Shown here: positions 8,210-16,441 of the stretch, piece by piece | Position numbering within the stretch: the first letter of the stretch is position 1 | How the letters are laid out: the number at the start of each line of letters is the position of its first letter | Virus record (IMG/VR): IMGVR_UViG_3300005403_000018 | Location: 1 to 37,336 of that record | Reading direction: 5' to 3' (one strand) | DNA length: 37,336 bases | Origin: a virus | Lineage: Duplodnaviria > Caudoviricetes | Program-made: the position numbers and the translations under genes | The notes under the pieces: generated by a model | The model's database searches: none | What the model saw: the letters and a program-made list of their open reading frames with translations, nothing else | What the model was told of the DNA's origin: nothing

Positions 8210-8250
8210 TAGGGTTGATGTTAAATCGCCGTTAAAGTTTGCCTACGATT

Positions 8251-9144
8251 TCAAACATCCGTGTAATCATCTTTGAACACCGGCCTCATGTCTGGCCCAG
8301 GCACGTTTATCACAACCCCGCCGTTTATCCTGGAAGTAAGATAACCGAACTCCATAGGCAATTCTTTAGGCGCTTTGTTTGATGCCATGACCGTTAATAG
8401 ATTGTCTCTTTGTGTGAACCTGTCATCAATCAATGTAAAGATTGTTTCCGTAGCCCAGCTTGTAAGGTTTGCCCGGTCAAACTCATCAATACACAAAACC
8501 TTGATTGATCGGTAAAACTCCAAAACGGTTTGTACTTCCCTTGTGCCATTAGGCTCTCCGAACCTTGCCCTAATATCAGATAGTAAATCAGCCATCGTTG
8601 AATAAAACGCCCTCAGCCCTACCCCCCGAAGTCCATTGATGACTGCTTTCAACAAGTGAGACTTACCGCTCCCGAAAGTACCATAGAACGTGTAAAATCC
8701 GTGCGCGTCCTGGTTCATTGACAAAATATGCGCTATGACATCATGTGCCTCTTTTTTAGGCTCTGCGCTTCCAGTGATCGAAAAGTCATACAAGCCTTTT
8801 TGTAAATCCATCCCCTCTAATCCGCAGTTCTTTTCTAACCAGGCTTTCATGTTCCCTTGACTGCATACTGGGCAATCGGCCTGTTTTGTCTCACCTGCAT
8901 ACCACCCGCTATATTCGGTATCCCCATTCACGTTTCCCGCCGGGATCCATTTTGACACAACTCCAGGTGGATAGCGTAATGGTTTTGCGTCCCTTGCCTT
9001 TTCAAACACGAACACATATCCAAGCCCGCCACAATTTGAACACTGACCGTCCGTTGATGATATTCGTAATGGGATCGCAATTCCTGAATTTATTAGCCCT
9101 CTAAACTCTTGTGGGTATTGTACTGGTAGATTATCGGCTATCAT
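8251..9144 (-). CDS. DnaC/IstB-like AAA+ helicase loader with N-terminal Zn finger
   Basis: Walker A GTFGSGKS, Walker B LCIDE, ASN sensor, SR finger, two CxxC; follows the initiator. Confidence 0.88.
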   Translation of the reverse strand: MIADNLPVQYPQEFRGLINSGIAIPLRISSTDGQCSNCGGLGYVFVFEKARDAKPLRYPPGVVSKWIPAGNVNGDTEYSGWYAGETKQADCPVCSQGNMKAWLEKNCGLEGMDLQKGLYDFSITGSAEPKKEAHDVIAHILSMNQDAHGFYTFYGTFGSGKSHLLKAVINGLRGVGLRAFYSTMADLLSDIRARFGEPNGTREVQTVLEFYRSIKVLCIDEFDRANLTSWATETIFTLIDDRFTQRDNLLTVMASNKAPKELPMEFGYLTSRINGGVVINVPGPDMRPVFKDDYTDV

Positions 9145-10009
9145 TCATCCTCGCTTTTCTCTCTTCCTCAATCTGTTTTCTCATAAGTTTATAGTCTATT
9201 TCAGGCTCGTCTTTTGTCGCGTCTGCTACGGTTTTTGGTTGTTTGTTTTCAGGCGGTATGTCACCAATAGCCGCCCATTCTAAAAGCCAGAATAAACCAT
9301 TCCTTGAATACGGTTGCCCGTTCTTGTTTTTGCGCCGGCACATTTCTAAAAAGTACGGCCTCAATATATCCGCTACTTTGGGTTTATTCTTTGGATTGAT
9401 CGGTATATTCTCCCTATCCGCAATAAGCATAATAGTTTTACGGATATTGTCTTTTTCTTTGGAAGGTAAGAATCCTGTAACTTGCAAGAATATATCATCA
9501 ATCATTATGTTATCTGCATTTTGAAATTCATAATCGGATAGATTAGGGTGAAGTAGTGGTGGCGTTTCACCTTCTACTTCTTCTTGACTTAACTTATCCT
9601 TAACTTCACTTAAACTTAACTTAACCCGATTTAATCCGTCAATTATCCGGCAAGTTTCAGGATTAAAACAGGGAATTACCGAAGCGGGTTCGCGGTCTTT
9701 TCTAAGTCCAGTTTGATGTTTTTCAAAGTTTATCAATTGAATGTATCTATCACAATCGTCCTCATAATAAACAATCAATCCGGCATTATGCCAATCGCAG
9801 GCCATTTTTTCTACTTCTTCAACTGATATATTCCCGTTTTGTCTAGGAAATATAACAGATTTCAAAACGGATGGATCGCCGTATAACCTTCCCTCACAAT
9901 CCGCATGAGGTATCATCCATGTAAAACCAAGCATTGACCACGGGTCTTTTAGGTCGTTTACTTTTTTATCAATCGTTATTTGTTTGCTCACAAATCGCCC
10001 TTTAGCCAT
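9131..10009 (-). CDS. Phage replication initiator / replisome organiser
   Basis: N-terminal 'ADCEGRLYGDP..LKS.IFP...YIQLINFEKHQ' wHTH-type initiator signature; upstream of the DnaC-like gene. Confidence 0.8.
   Translation of the reverse strand: MAKGRFVSKQITIDKKVNDLKDPWSMLGFTWMIPHADCEGRLYGDPSVLKSVIFPRQNGNISVEEVEKMACDWHNAGLIVYYEDDCDRYIQLINFEKHQTGLRKDREPASVIPCFNPETCRIIDGLNRVKLSLSEVKDKLSQEEVEGETPPLLHPNLSDYEFQNADNIMIDDIFLQVTGFLPSKEKDNIRKTIMLIADRENIPINPKNKPKVADILRPYFLEMCRRKNKNGQPYSRNGLFWLLEWAAIGDIPPENKQPKTVADATKDEPEIDYKLMRKQIEEERKARMNDSR
9586..9636. repeat. AT-rich (A)CTTAA short repeats in the initiator linker, candidate origin
   Basis: gacttaacttatccttaacttcacttaaacttaacttaacccgatttaatc; lambdoid origins lie inside the initiator gene. 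Confidence 0.4.
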
Positions 10010-10793
10010 TAGATGCCTCTACTATTCTACTTCCAATCCATTCAGCGGCTTGAGGTACAACAGCATTGCCGCAGCGCTTCATTCTTTGTGCGGCTTCTTT
10101 TTTGTCCAGTTCTCCGGAAACCCCATCACCCATTCGCAAAAACAAGGGTTGAGGAAAACATTCAATATAAGAGGCTTCTCTCTTTCGGTCAATTTGTAAA
10201 CCATTCCATATACCCTTGCCGGAAGGTCTCCGGTATTTTTCCATGTCTGACTGGTCCGAAGAGAAAAAGTTAGAAAATCTAATGCCTCTCCAAGAATTGC
10301 TCGCGGGGTAGGCAATAAGGTAAACCCTATGGCGTAGTTGTGGCGCTCCAAAGAAGGCCGCTGGTAAACAGTCCCACTCCGCATCATACCCGATTGAGGC
10401 CAAGTCCCTGAGAATGTTTCCAAAGAATTGTCCATTGTCACTTGAAAATAATCCCCTGACATTTTCTGCCAAAACCCATTCTGGTTTAATTTCGCAAATG
10501 ATTCTGAAAAACTCACCCCACAAAGTTGATCTCTTTCCTGCAAGTCCTGCTCTTTGTCCTGCAAGACTGACATCCTGGCACGGGAATCCACCACAAATAA
10601 CATCGACTGATTGAAGGTTTGATTTTCCAACTTCTCTGACATCTTTATACCTCGCTACATTAGGCCAATGATTTTCTAAAATTTCAGTTGCATGATTATC
10701 TATTTCAACTTGCCACTTACATTCCATACCTGCTTTTTCAAATCCTAAATCTATACCACCTATTCCACAAAATAAACTTCCGAAAGTCAACAT
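10002..10793 (-). CDS. C5-cytosine DNA methyltransferase, large (alpha) polypeptide
   Basis: Motif I SLFCGIGG, IV GGFPCQD, VI ENV, VIII QLRHRVY, X GNAVVP. Confidence 0.93.
   Translation of the reverse strand: MLTFGSLFCGIGGIDLGFEKAGMECKWQVEIDNHATEILENHWPNVARYKDVREVGKSNLQSVDVICGGFPCQDVSLAGQRAGLAGKRSTLWGEFFRIICEIKPEWVLAENVRGLFSSDNGQFFGNILRDLASIGYDAEWDCLPAAFFGAPQLRHRVYLIAYPASNSWRGIRFSNFFSSDQSDMEKYRRPSGKGIWNGLQIDRKREASYIECFPQPLFLRMGDGVSGELDKKEAAQRMKRCGNAVVPQAAEWIGSRIVEASNG
10079..10642 (-). CDS. Nested alternative-frame beta polypeptide of the C5 methyltransferase
   Basis: 187-aa same-strand ORF inside the MTase with WPQSGMMRSG, LLPTP and motif-IX-like LNPCFCEWVMGFPENWT. Confidence 0.75.
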   Translation of the reverse strand: MSEKLENQTFNQSMLFVVDSRARMSVLQDKEQDLQERDQLCGVSFSESFAKLNQNGFWQKMSGDYFQVTMDNSLETFSGTWPQSGMMRSGTVYQRPSLERHNYAIGFTLLPTPRAILGEALDFLTFSLRTSQTWKNTGDLPARVYGMVYKLTEREKPLILNVFLNPCFCEWVMGFPENWTKKKPHKE

Positions 10794-10809
10794 AAGCAAT
10801 CCTTTATAT

Positions 10810-10940
10810 ACAAAAAGCCACTCGTGAGGTCTACGGTCTTTGGCGTTCCAGGGATGTTGGAAAACCATAGACCTCGCGGGTGGCAGTCATCCCATTAATT
10901 ACTATTTACCATCGCCAAATGGTTACTTATATTTTATCAC
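10810..10940 (-). promoter_or_regulatory. Extended -10 promoter and attenuator-like structured leader of the MTase/replication operon
   Basis: TGATAAAAT; ~21-bp stem 10864..10884/10817..10837 followed by TTTTT; loop blocks complementary to upstream TTTGGCG and GGGATG. Confidence 0.65.
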
Positions 10941-11161
10941 ACTTTTTGTAAATTACACCAATCAGATACAGCCTTTTCGATGATAGGCAGCTCCTCATCC
11001 AGTGGCTTCAGGAACGCCACACACTTCTCATAAGCGTCTTTGTACACCGGATAGATGAATAATAAGTTTAGCACCCTGGCTACGTTATCCTCGGTAACAG
11101 GCTCATGATAATCGTCTGGTTCCAAATCAAGCATCATTTGATCGTCACATTCGTTTGTCAT
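10937..11161 (-). CDS. Hypothetical protein
   Basis: Start moved to MTNEC (ATGA overlap). Confidence 0.65.
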   Translation of the reverse strand: MTNECDDQMMLDLEPDDYHEPVTEDNVARVLNLLFIYPVYKDAYEKCVAFLKPLDEELPIIEKAVSDWCNLQKV

Positions 11162-11418
11162 TTGTCGTAAGTCCTCATAGAGTGTAAAGCAATCGCAACA
11201 CATTTAGCAACTTCATAATCGTCTTGTGTCTCGTAATGTGTATCGCACATCATGCCGTCCTCTTTCGCTTGATCTAAAGTCATATCCCAATATTCAAGTT
11301 GTCTTTTTGACGGTGTAAAACATTTATCATGTGTCCAGATTGTTATCTCGTGTTCATCGCCATAGATAACTTTAGTTCCATAATACTTACCTGATAAATC
11401 TGCTACTTCTGCTTTCAT
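11158..11418 (-). CDS. Hypothetical protein
   Basis: 86 aa, SD GAGGTG. Confidence 0.75.
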   Translation of the reverse strand: MKAEVADLSGKYYGTKVIYGDEHEITIWTHDKCFTPSKRQLEYWDMTLDQAKEDGMMCDTHYETQDDYEVAKCVAIALHSMRTYDK

Positions 11419-11470
11419 CTCTCACCTCTCTATATTTGATAATAGACATTTTAATAGTTATTAAAACACT

Positions 11471-12040
11471 TTATGTCACTGAAACGTCAGAATCTGAAGG
11501 TTCGTTATTATCTGGCGAGGTTTTCACATTGTGTTCTTCAACAAGCTCTTTATAAACCGCGTTCTTGAATGCTTCCCAGTTTGTTTGCTCACCATTCCTA
11601 TTCGCTATCATCCAGGCGCTTCTCAATAAGCTGTTTGCGTTTTCGTTGTATGCCGGCTTGTTTTCGGGCACCGTTTTATTTTCGGTACTCGCTTCGACGT
11701 CCAAATAAGTACCGTCGACAATATGCATGGTGTTTTCTTCTACCTTACGCATCAACTCGAAACACCGGATAGGAAGTCCGTATTTTCCTTCTTTGGCCTC
11801 GCCTTCTGTGTCGTAAGTTGTGGCACCCATGATTGCATGACATAGATCATCAACGTTCCTTGCGTACACATTCCAGATCCACCAAATGAAGCGCTGTTCC
11901 TGGGATTCTTTGAAGCGGAGCGCTTGAAGTTCAATCCGTAGCCGGCGGTTTTCGTTTTGAAAATACTCAATAGGTGTTTTTTTGTGTTCAACTATCATTT
12001 CAATATGCTGTTTTAGTCGTTTGCGATCTTCTGGTTTCAT
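11471..12040 (-). CDS. Hypothetical protein
   Basis: 189 aa, SD AAGGAG. Confidence 0.75.
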   Translation of the reverse strand: MKPEDRKRLKQHIEMIVEHKKTPIEYFQNENRRLRIELQALRFKESQEQRFIWWIWNVYARNVDDLCHAIMGATTYDTEGEAKEGKYGLPIRCFELMRKVEENTMHIVDGTYLDVEASTENKTVPENKPAYNENANSLLRSAWMIANRNGEQTNWEAFKNAVYKELVEEHNVKTSPDNNEPSDSDVSVT

Positions 12041-12300
12041 TTTTTATGCTCCTTGCATTGTTTCAATGCGTCAAATGGATGTTCAACTTTCGTTGTGGTG
12101 CCATCTATGTTGTAAATAACGAGAACATCAGCCGTAAACTTTGGCGGGTCAAAATCACATTCGTAATTTTCAGGTAGAACGCCCATAAGGTAATTACACC
12201 TTGCGATATGAACACAATCTCCACATCTAAAATCATCCGGCAATCTAGTTCCCATCGACATATCCTTCTTGGTTGAAATGAAGCGCTGCACATTCATCAC
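12037..12300 (-). CDS. Hypothetical Cys-rich protein (start uncertain)
   Basis: CGDCVH..RC...C pattern. Confidence 0.65.
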   Translation of the reverse strand: MMNVQRFISTKKDMSMGTRLPDDFRCGDCVHIARCNYLMGVLPENYECDFDPPKFTADVLVIYNIDGTTTKVEHPFDALKQCKEHKK

Positions 12301-12520
12301 ACCAAAGCCATGGTTTGCGCATATAAAACAACGCGTCTGTATGATTTATGTTGTCGTCTTTGTGATCCCCGTGTGTGTCGCAGGTAAGAAAATATCCTTT
12401 CTTGAATTTACACGTTTTGTTGAATTGAACCGTTGTCAATCTAATCTTGGTGCCAAGTAACCTATTCTTACAGCGATAGGTGCCCGTTATTTTAAAACCA
12501 CCAACTATGTCAGTATCCAT
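12245..12520 (-). CDS. Hypothetical Zn-binding protein
   Basis: CDTH...WCDEC; SD GAGG. Confidence 0.65.
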   Translation of the reverse strand: MDTDIVGGFKITGTYRCKNRLLGTKIRLTTVQFNKTCKFKKGYFLTCDTHGDHKDDNINHTDALFYMRKPWLWCDECAALHFNQEGYVDGN

Positions 12521-12532
12521 CTCTCGTCCTCT

Positions 12533-12844
12533 CTATAAATCCAATAGCCACTGTTCCGGCGCTTTCAAGTCCAATGATTGAATCCAGGCAGTCACGTTAT
12601 AGCCCCGGTTCACTTGTCTCATTGCAAACAACTGTTTGTATTCGTATGAATCAACCTCACCTGAAGCGTGACACTTACGGCAAACTAGCGAAATATTAAC
12701 ATCTTCGTCAAACTCGGGACGGTGCTTTGACCGCCTAACAAGGGCGTGATGCCGCTCGCAAGGATTGTCATAGGTAAACGGTTCGTGACAATGTTCGCAC
12801 GTGTTCCCTCGTATGCGTAGGAAGTGTTCAATGGAGTTCATCAT
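12533..12844 (-). CDS. Small HNH-fold nuclease (recombination-associated type)
   Basis: CEHC...ERHH...N..LVCRKCH. Confidence 0.75.
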   Translation of the reverse strand: MMNSIEHFLRIRGNTCEHCHEPFTYDNPCERHHALVRRSKHRPEFDEDVNISLVCRKCHASGEVDSYEYKQLFAMRQVNRGYNVTAWIQSLDLKAPEQWLLDL

Positions 12845-13308
12845 TGGTCATACTCAAATTCCCTGGCGATTTCATTACCGCGTTGGTCATACGTCTTTTG
12901 GAAAGCGGGTTCACCAAACATCGGTTCCAGAATCGGCTGATCCGGGTTAACTTTCACCTTTGCGCTCACCCCGTTACCATATTTTCGTTTAGCCGCCGCG
13001 AATACCTGGTCGTTCTTTTTGGTCGCTTCATACACTCTGTGATATTCACGGTTCAAATATTCGATAACAGGTTGAGGGTCATCTCCAAAAGTTGAATATC
13101 CACCGTGATGCGCGATGATAGGCTTTCCAAGTTCCTGTAAACGCGATACGGCTTCGCGGACTTTGCGGATGTTCCAAGATGACATTGAACCAAATTTAGC
13201 AATTGCAACAATATTTTTATAAGCTAATTTTGGAAACTCATATCTCAGAATATAACTCCAAACATTATCCAATTCATCATCCGTAAGTTTGATCTCGAAT
13301 TTACTCAT
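12841..13308 (-). CDS. Hypothetical wHTH-like DNA-binding protein
   Basis: RKVREAVSRLQELGKPII...GGY pattern. Confidence 0.6.
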   Translation of the reverse strand: MSKFEIKLTDDELDNVWSYILRYEFPKLAYKNIVAIAKFGSMSSWNIRKVREAVSRLQELGKPIIAHHGGYSTFGDDPQPVIEYLNREYHRVYEATKKNDQVFAAAKRKYGNGVSAKVKVNPDQPILEPMFGEPAFQKTYDQRGNEIAREFEYDQ

Positions 13309-13662
13309 TCATCCCTCCGTTGGTGGTGTAACATATTTCCATAAGGTATATTGATTGCTATACCCATGAACAGAATAGTTTTTACTATCAATAGTCCAAT
13401 GCAATCCATGAAGTCCAGACGCTAAATATGCAAATACAGGTTCACCAGATACGCGGTCATGCAAAAGTATCAATTTGTTTTCATCAGGCAATCTCTCGCT
13501 CACCGGAATCCAACGCGCCTCTGATTGCAGACGGCGCTTCATTTCGTTGACGTATTCCATGAAAGCAGACGCGCGGCCATTTTGCCACACTTGAGACGCA
13601 ACGCCTTGTACCAATTGATCGACTGTCATGTTTTCTAACTTCGGTTCATTTTGTTCATCCAT
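13309..13662 (-). CDS. DUF551-like protein
   Basis: WIPVSERLPD...W; start MDEQ with SD GAGGAG. Confidence 0.75.
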   Translation of the reverse strand: MDEQNEPKLENMTVDQLVQGVASQVWQNGRASAFMEYVNEMKRRLQSEARWIPVSERLPDENKLILLHDRVSGEPVFAYLASGLHGLHWTIDSKNYSVHGYSNQYTLWKYVTPPTEG

Positions 13663-13788
13663 TCTTTTCTCCTCTCTAAATTTGACCAAGTTGGCTGGAA
13701 TCGGTACTTGATCCTATCCAGCCACAACCTAGATTGTAAACAAGTTATTTCATAGGCGCTCCTATCAAGGTTTCGATAACCGTAATTA

Positions 13789-14016
13789 TCACCAACAAAA
13801 ATGCGCCTGGTCTCGCAAGTCTGGATTGTTTTCGTCTATTACGTCAGAATCGCATTTCTTTGTTGTGTTTATAATTCTTTCAAAATCAACATCAGACAAA
13901 GATACATTTTTTCTATTTGTAATATTAGAGCACACTCCACCAGTCCCAACGTGCGGGTTAAGCGACGGAGGCTCGTGAATACTTGCTAAACACCGATCAA
14001 AAAAATCGCTACTCAT
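13789..14016 (-). CDS. Hypothetical protein
   Basis: 75 aa, SD GGAGAG. Confidence 0.6.
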   Translation of the reverse strand: MSSDFFDRCLASIHEPPSLNPHVGTGGVCSNITNRKNVSLSDVDFERIINTTKKCDSDVIDENNPDLRDQAHFCW

Positions 14017-14062
14017 AATTTCTCTCCTATTCCCTCTATCATCACGACATGGGGATGAATGG

Positions 14063-14389
14063 TTACTGAATCAGTTTGAATTCGTCACCAATTGCGATCT
14101 CATAGGCGGTTACTTCCAATCCAGCCGGATAATCAATGCCCTCTTTTTTGTAGAATCTCGGTTCTTTGACCTGTCCGGTTACTGTGATGTGATCGCCTTT
14201 TTTTAGCGCATCATTGGCAACGGCTAATTCTTCCCACGCCGTCACGTTTACCCACACGCCTTTTTTGTATCCTTCTTCTTTGTTGCCACCAGTGTACATG
14301 GATAAACCAATTTCTAATACCTGCTTACCTTGTGGCGTAAAGCGTGATTCTGCTTTCATTACCGTGCCAGTAAATTTGATGTTAGACAT
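14063..14389 (-). CDS. ssb: Single-stranded DNA-binding protein
   Basis: OB-fold SSB pattern (RFTPQGK, WVNVTAWEELA, LKKGD.I.V.G); follows ERF. Confidence 0.85.
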   Translation of the reverse strand: MSNIKFTGTVMKAESRFTPQGKQVLEIGLSMYTGGNKEEGYKKGVWVNVTAWEELAVANDALKKGDHITVTGQVKEPRFYKKEGIDYPAGLEVTAYEIAIGDEFKLIQ

Positions 14390-14975
14390 GCGCCACCTTT
14401 TCAAATTCCGAATATGCCATTTTCTTTTGGATCTTGCCCGCCGTCAAAAGTTCGTTGATCGCGGTAACAGCGTCTTTGTTTTCAAGTCCGCGTTCTTTTG
14501 CGAACAATGACACGACTTTTGCAGACAGATAATCAACCATTTCATCTTGTTTTACTTCCTGTTTAGATCCAGCGCCAGTATCTTTGTGTGAACCTTCGCT
14601 ATCATTATCTTCATCTGCATAAAGCCCCAGGATAGCGGCAAGTCCATAGCGCCGTAAATAAGTGATCGTTTTTCCGGCTTCTTGCGAGATATTACTTCCA
14701 CTGATAGGAACAATCAAAGAGGTTGAAATAAACTCACCTGATTCATGGAGTAGCATCGTTGTCACCCCTGCCTGACCGTCCTCACCTTCGACTAACTGAC
14801 TGACCGCCAAACCGTGCTTTGACAAAACAGGTTTGCACGTTTCGATCACCGCCCCCAAGTCTGCATACTTTGACTTGAAAAACGGATTGACCGAGTTCAT
14901 TTGTACGCTCTTGAATTCTGCCTGCGCCATAACAAGCGCCTTGCTCAAACTTGCGATTGATTCACTTTTGTTCAT
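14382..14975 (-). CDS. erf: ERF-family single-strand annealing recombinase
   Basis: NPFFKSKYADL, LLHESGE, G..ITYLRRY.L.AILG...DEDND. Confidence 0.92.
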   Translation of the reverse strand: MNKSESIASLSKALVMAQAEFKSVQMNSVNPFFKSKYADLGAVIETCKPVLSKHGLAVSQLVEGEDGQAGVTTMLLHESGEFISTSLIVPISGSNISQEAGKTITYLRRYGLAAILGLYADEDNDSEGSHKDTGAGSKQEVKQDEMVDYLSAKVVSLFAKERGLENKDAVTAINELLTAGKIQKKMAYSEFEKVAHV

Positions 14976-14977
14976 CC

Positions 14978-15295
14978 CTAATCCTCCAATCTCTTATTAC
15001 AATCTGGACAATACGTCTCACCAACGTGAGCGCGTTCATGCTGGCAATATCTCTGACGGCTCAACTCATACGCACGTTCGCGCGCCTTGTTACATTCGAG
15101 GGCGTTATCGAACATTGCATCATAATTTCCGACTGCTATCCAATCTTCGACCATTTCGTTGTGACGGCGTTCCATCTCGTCTGCAATATCACGCTGTTCA
15201 CGGTATGCTTTTTCAGCGGGTGAAAGTGTATCCGGCATAAGTGATTCCCATCCGTTTACAGGTTCGTTTGAAGTTACACCTACTCCGAGTGTCAT
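14978..15295 (-). CDS. Hypothetical protein with C-terminal C.H...CPDC
   Basis: 105-aa coupled ORF. Confidence 0.7.
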   Translation of the reverse strand: MTLGVGVTSNEPVNGWESLMPDTLSPAEKAYREQRDIADEMERRHNEMVEDWIAVGNYDAMFDNALECNKARERAYELSRQRYCQHERAHVGETYCPDCNKRLED

Positions 15296-15534
15296 TCGAT
15301 ACCTTCCTGTCTATTCTCGATCTCGTTGATTACCGTATGTCCCGTGTATTCTATCGTTTTGCCAATCGTGCCGATCAACGGAACACGGATGCTGTTGTTC
15401 TTGACATCCCATTCTCGCAGAATGAGACCCCGGATAACCTTGCTCATGTCCGACCCTTCCGCCAGGTTGTCAAGTTTCGATCTCGTTTCTGGATCAAATT
15501 TTATCAATACTTGCTCTGTCATTCGTTTTGTCAT
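15292..15534 (-). CDS. Ribbon-helix-helix (CopG/Arc-like) regulator
   Basis: QVLIKF strand, then ETRSKLDNLA and MSKVIRGLI helices. Confidence 0.7.
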   Translation of the reverse strand: MTKRMTEQVLIKFDPETRSKLDNLAEGSDMSKVIRGLILREWDVKNNSIRVPLIGTIGKTIEYTGHTVINEIENRQEGIE

Positions 15535-15537
15535 AGG

Positions 15538-15708
15538 TTACTCCAATTTCTTAAGCTCTTCTGAAATGCTGTGTTTTGATTTTTCAATTTCACGCCGATT
15601 GGCTTCAATCGCTGCAATAGTTCCAAGTCCACCGGCGTTGATTCGCAACCTACGGTCAATAGCAGCCTTACGTTCTTCTTTGGTCATATTTCGCAAACCT
15701 TTACTCAT
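15538..15708 (-). CDS. 56-aa hypothetical protein (not in the ORF track)
   Basis: MSKGLRNMTKEERKAAIDRRLRINAGGLGTIAAIEANRREIEKSKHSISEELKKLE with SD GAGGAGAGG. Confidence 0.7.
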   Translation of the reverse strand: MSKGLRNMTKEERKAAIDRRLRINAGGLGTIAAIEANRREIEKSKHSISEELKKLE

Positions 15709-15754
15709 TGTGTCCTCTCCTCTGCGTGTAAGATGCGCAGCCCCTATAATGTGA

Positions 15755-16135
15755 TTAGATATTGCCGAATGCAGGTAAACGCTCTTTGACTTGTTTCAAC
15801 AAATCATCAACATCAATTCCATCGCCCATGTTGTCAATTGCATGAATGATCGATTCTAACGGAACGATGCCAAGTTGTCTCGCGCGCATTACGGCGCACA
15901 TTTTCACCAAATCTTCACCGCAAACATCTTTGTAAAGCATCCATATTTTACTTCCATAGATACCCATAGAATCAAGTGACAAAACCTCTCCTAAGCCTGG
16001 CATCCAGTTATCTGGATCAATTTTTGCGGCGTCTCTAAGTAAAGACATAATTACCGTAAGCGCACCGGGATTTCCCTCTGACATTTTCATTGCCACGTCC
16101 ATTGTTGAATCTGTTAATTGAATTCGTTCGTTCAT
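15755..16135 (-). CDS. Hypothetical phage protein, first early gene
   Basis: MSEGNPGA...GIYGSKIWMLYKDVC; SD GAGGAG. Confidence 0.8.
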   Translation of the reverse strand: MNERIQLTDSTMDVAMKMSEGNPGALTVIMSLLRDAAKIDPDNWMPGLGEVLSLDSMGIYGSKIWMLYKDVCGEDLVKMCAVMRARQLGIVPLESIIHAIDNMGDGIDVDDLLKQVKERLPAFGNI

Positions 16136-16172
16136 TTTTCTCTCCTCATTTGAATGTTTGATTGATATATAC

Positions 16173-16200
16173 ATTTTACATCCGTATATACAAAAGTCAA
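16173..16200 (-). promoter_or_regulatory. Early promoter with a GTATATAC palindrome in the spacer
   Basis: TTGACT-16-TAAAAT; second near-copy GTATATAT just downstream of the -10. Confidence 0.7.
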
Positions 16201-16441
16201 GTTAATTTAAGATTCTTTACGCGGATTTAATACCGTAATAGACATTCGATGTCAAGAATGGTTTATGGATAGGCATAAATCGCACGGGCGCGCCATGTGT
16301 TTATATTCAACAAATCAACGCTACACAATGCGCATGTGTGCTTGTACCTTACTTTTGAAATTGGGGCTTCTGGGCGGCATAACTGACATATTGGTTATTA
16401 TCCGTGTTTTATAGTGACAATAATCAATTTTATAGTTATAA

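Noticed and set aside
16290-16340. Pistol-ribozyme-like TAGCGTTGAT on the minus strand
   Set aside because: The required P1/pseudoknot, AUAAA linker and downstream cleavage strand are absent.
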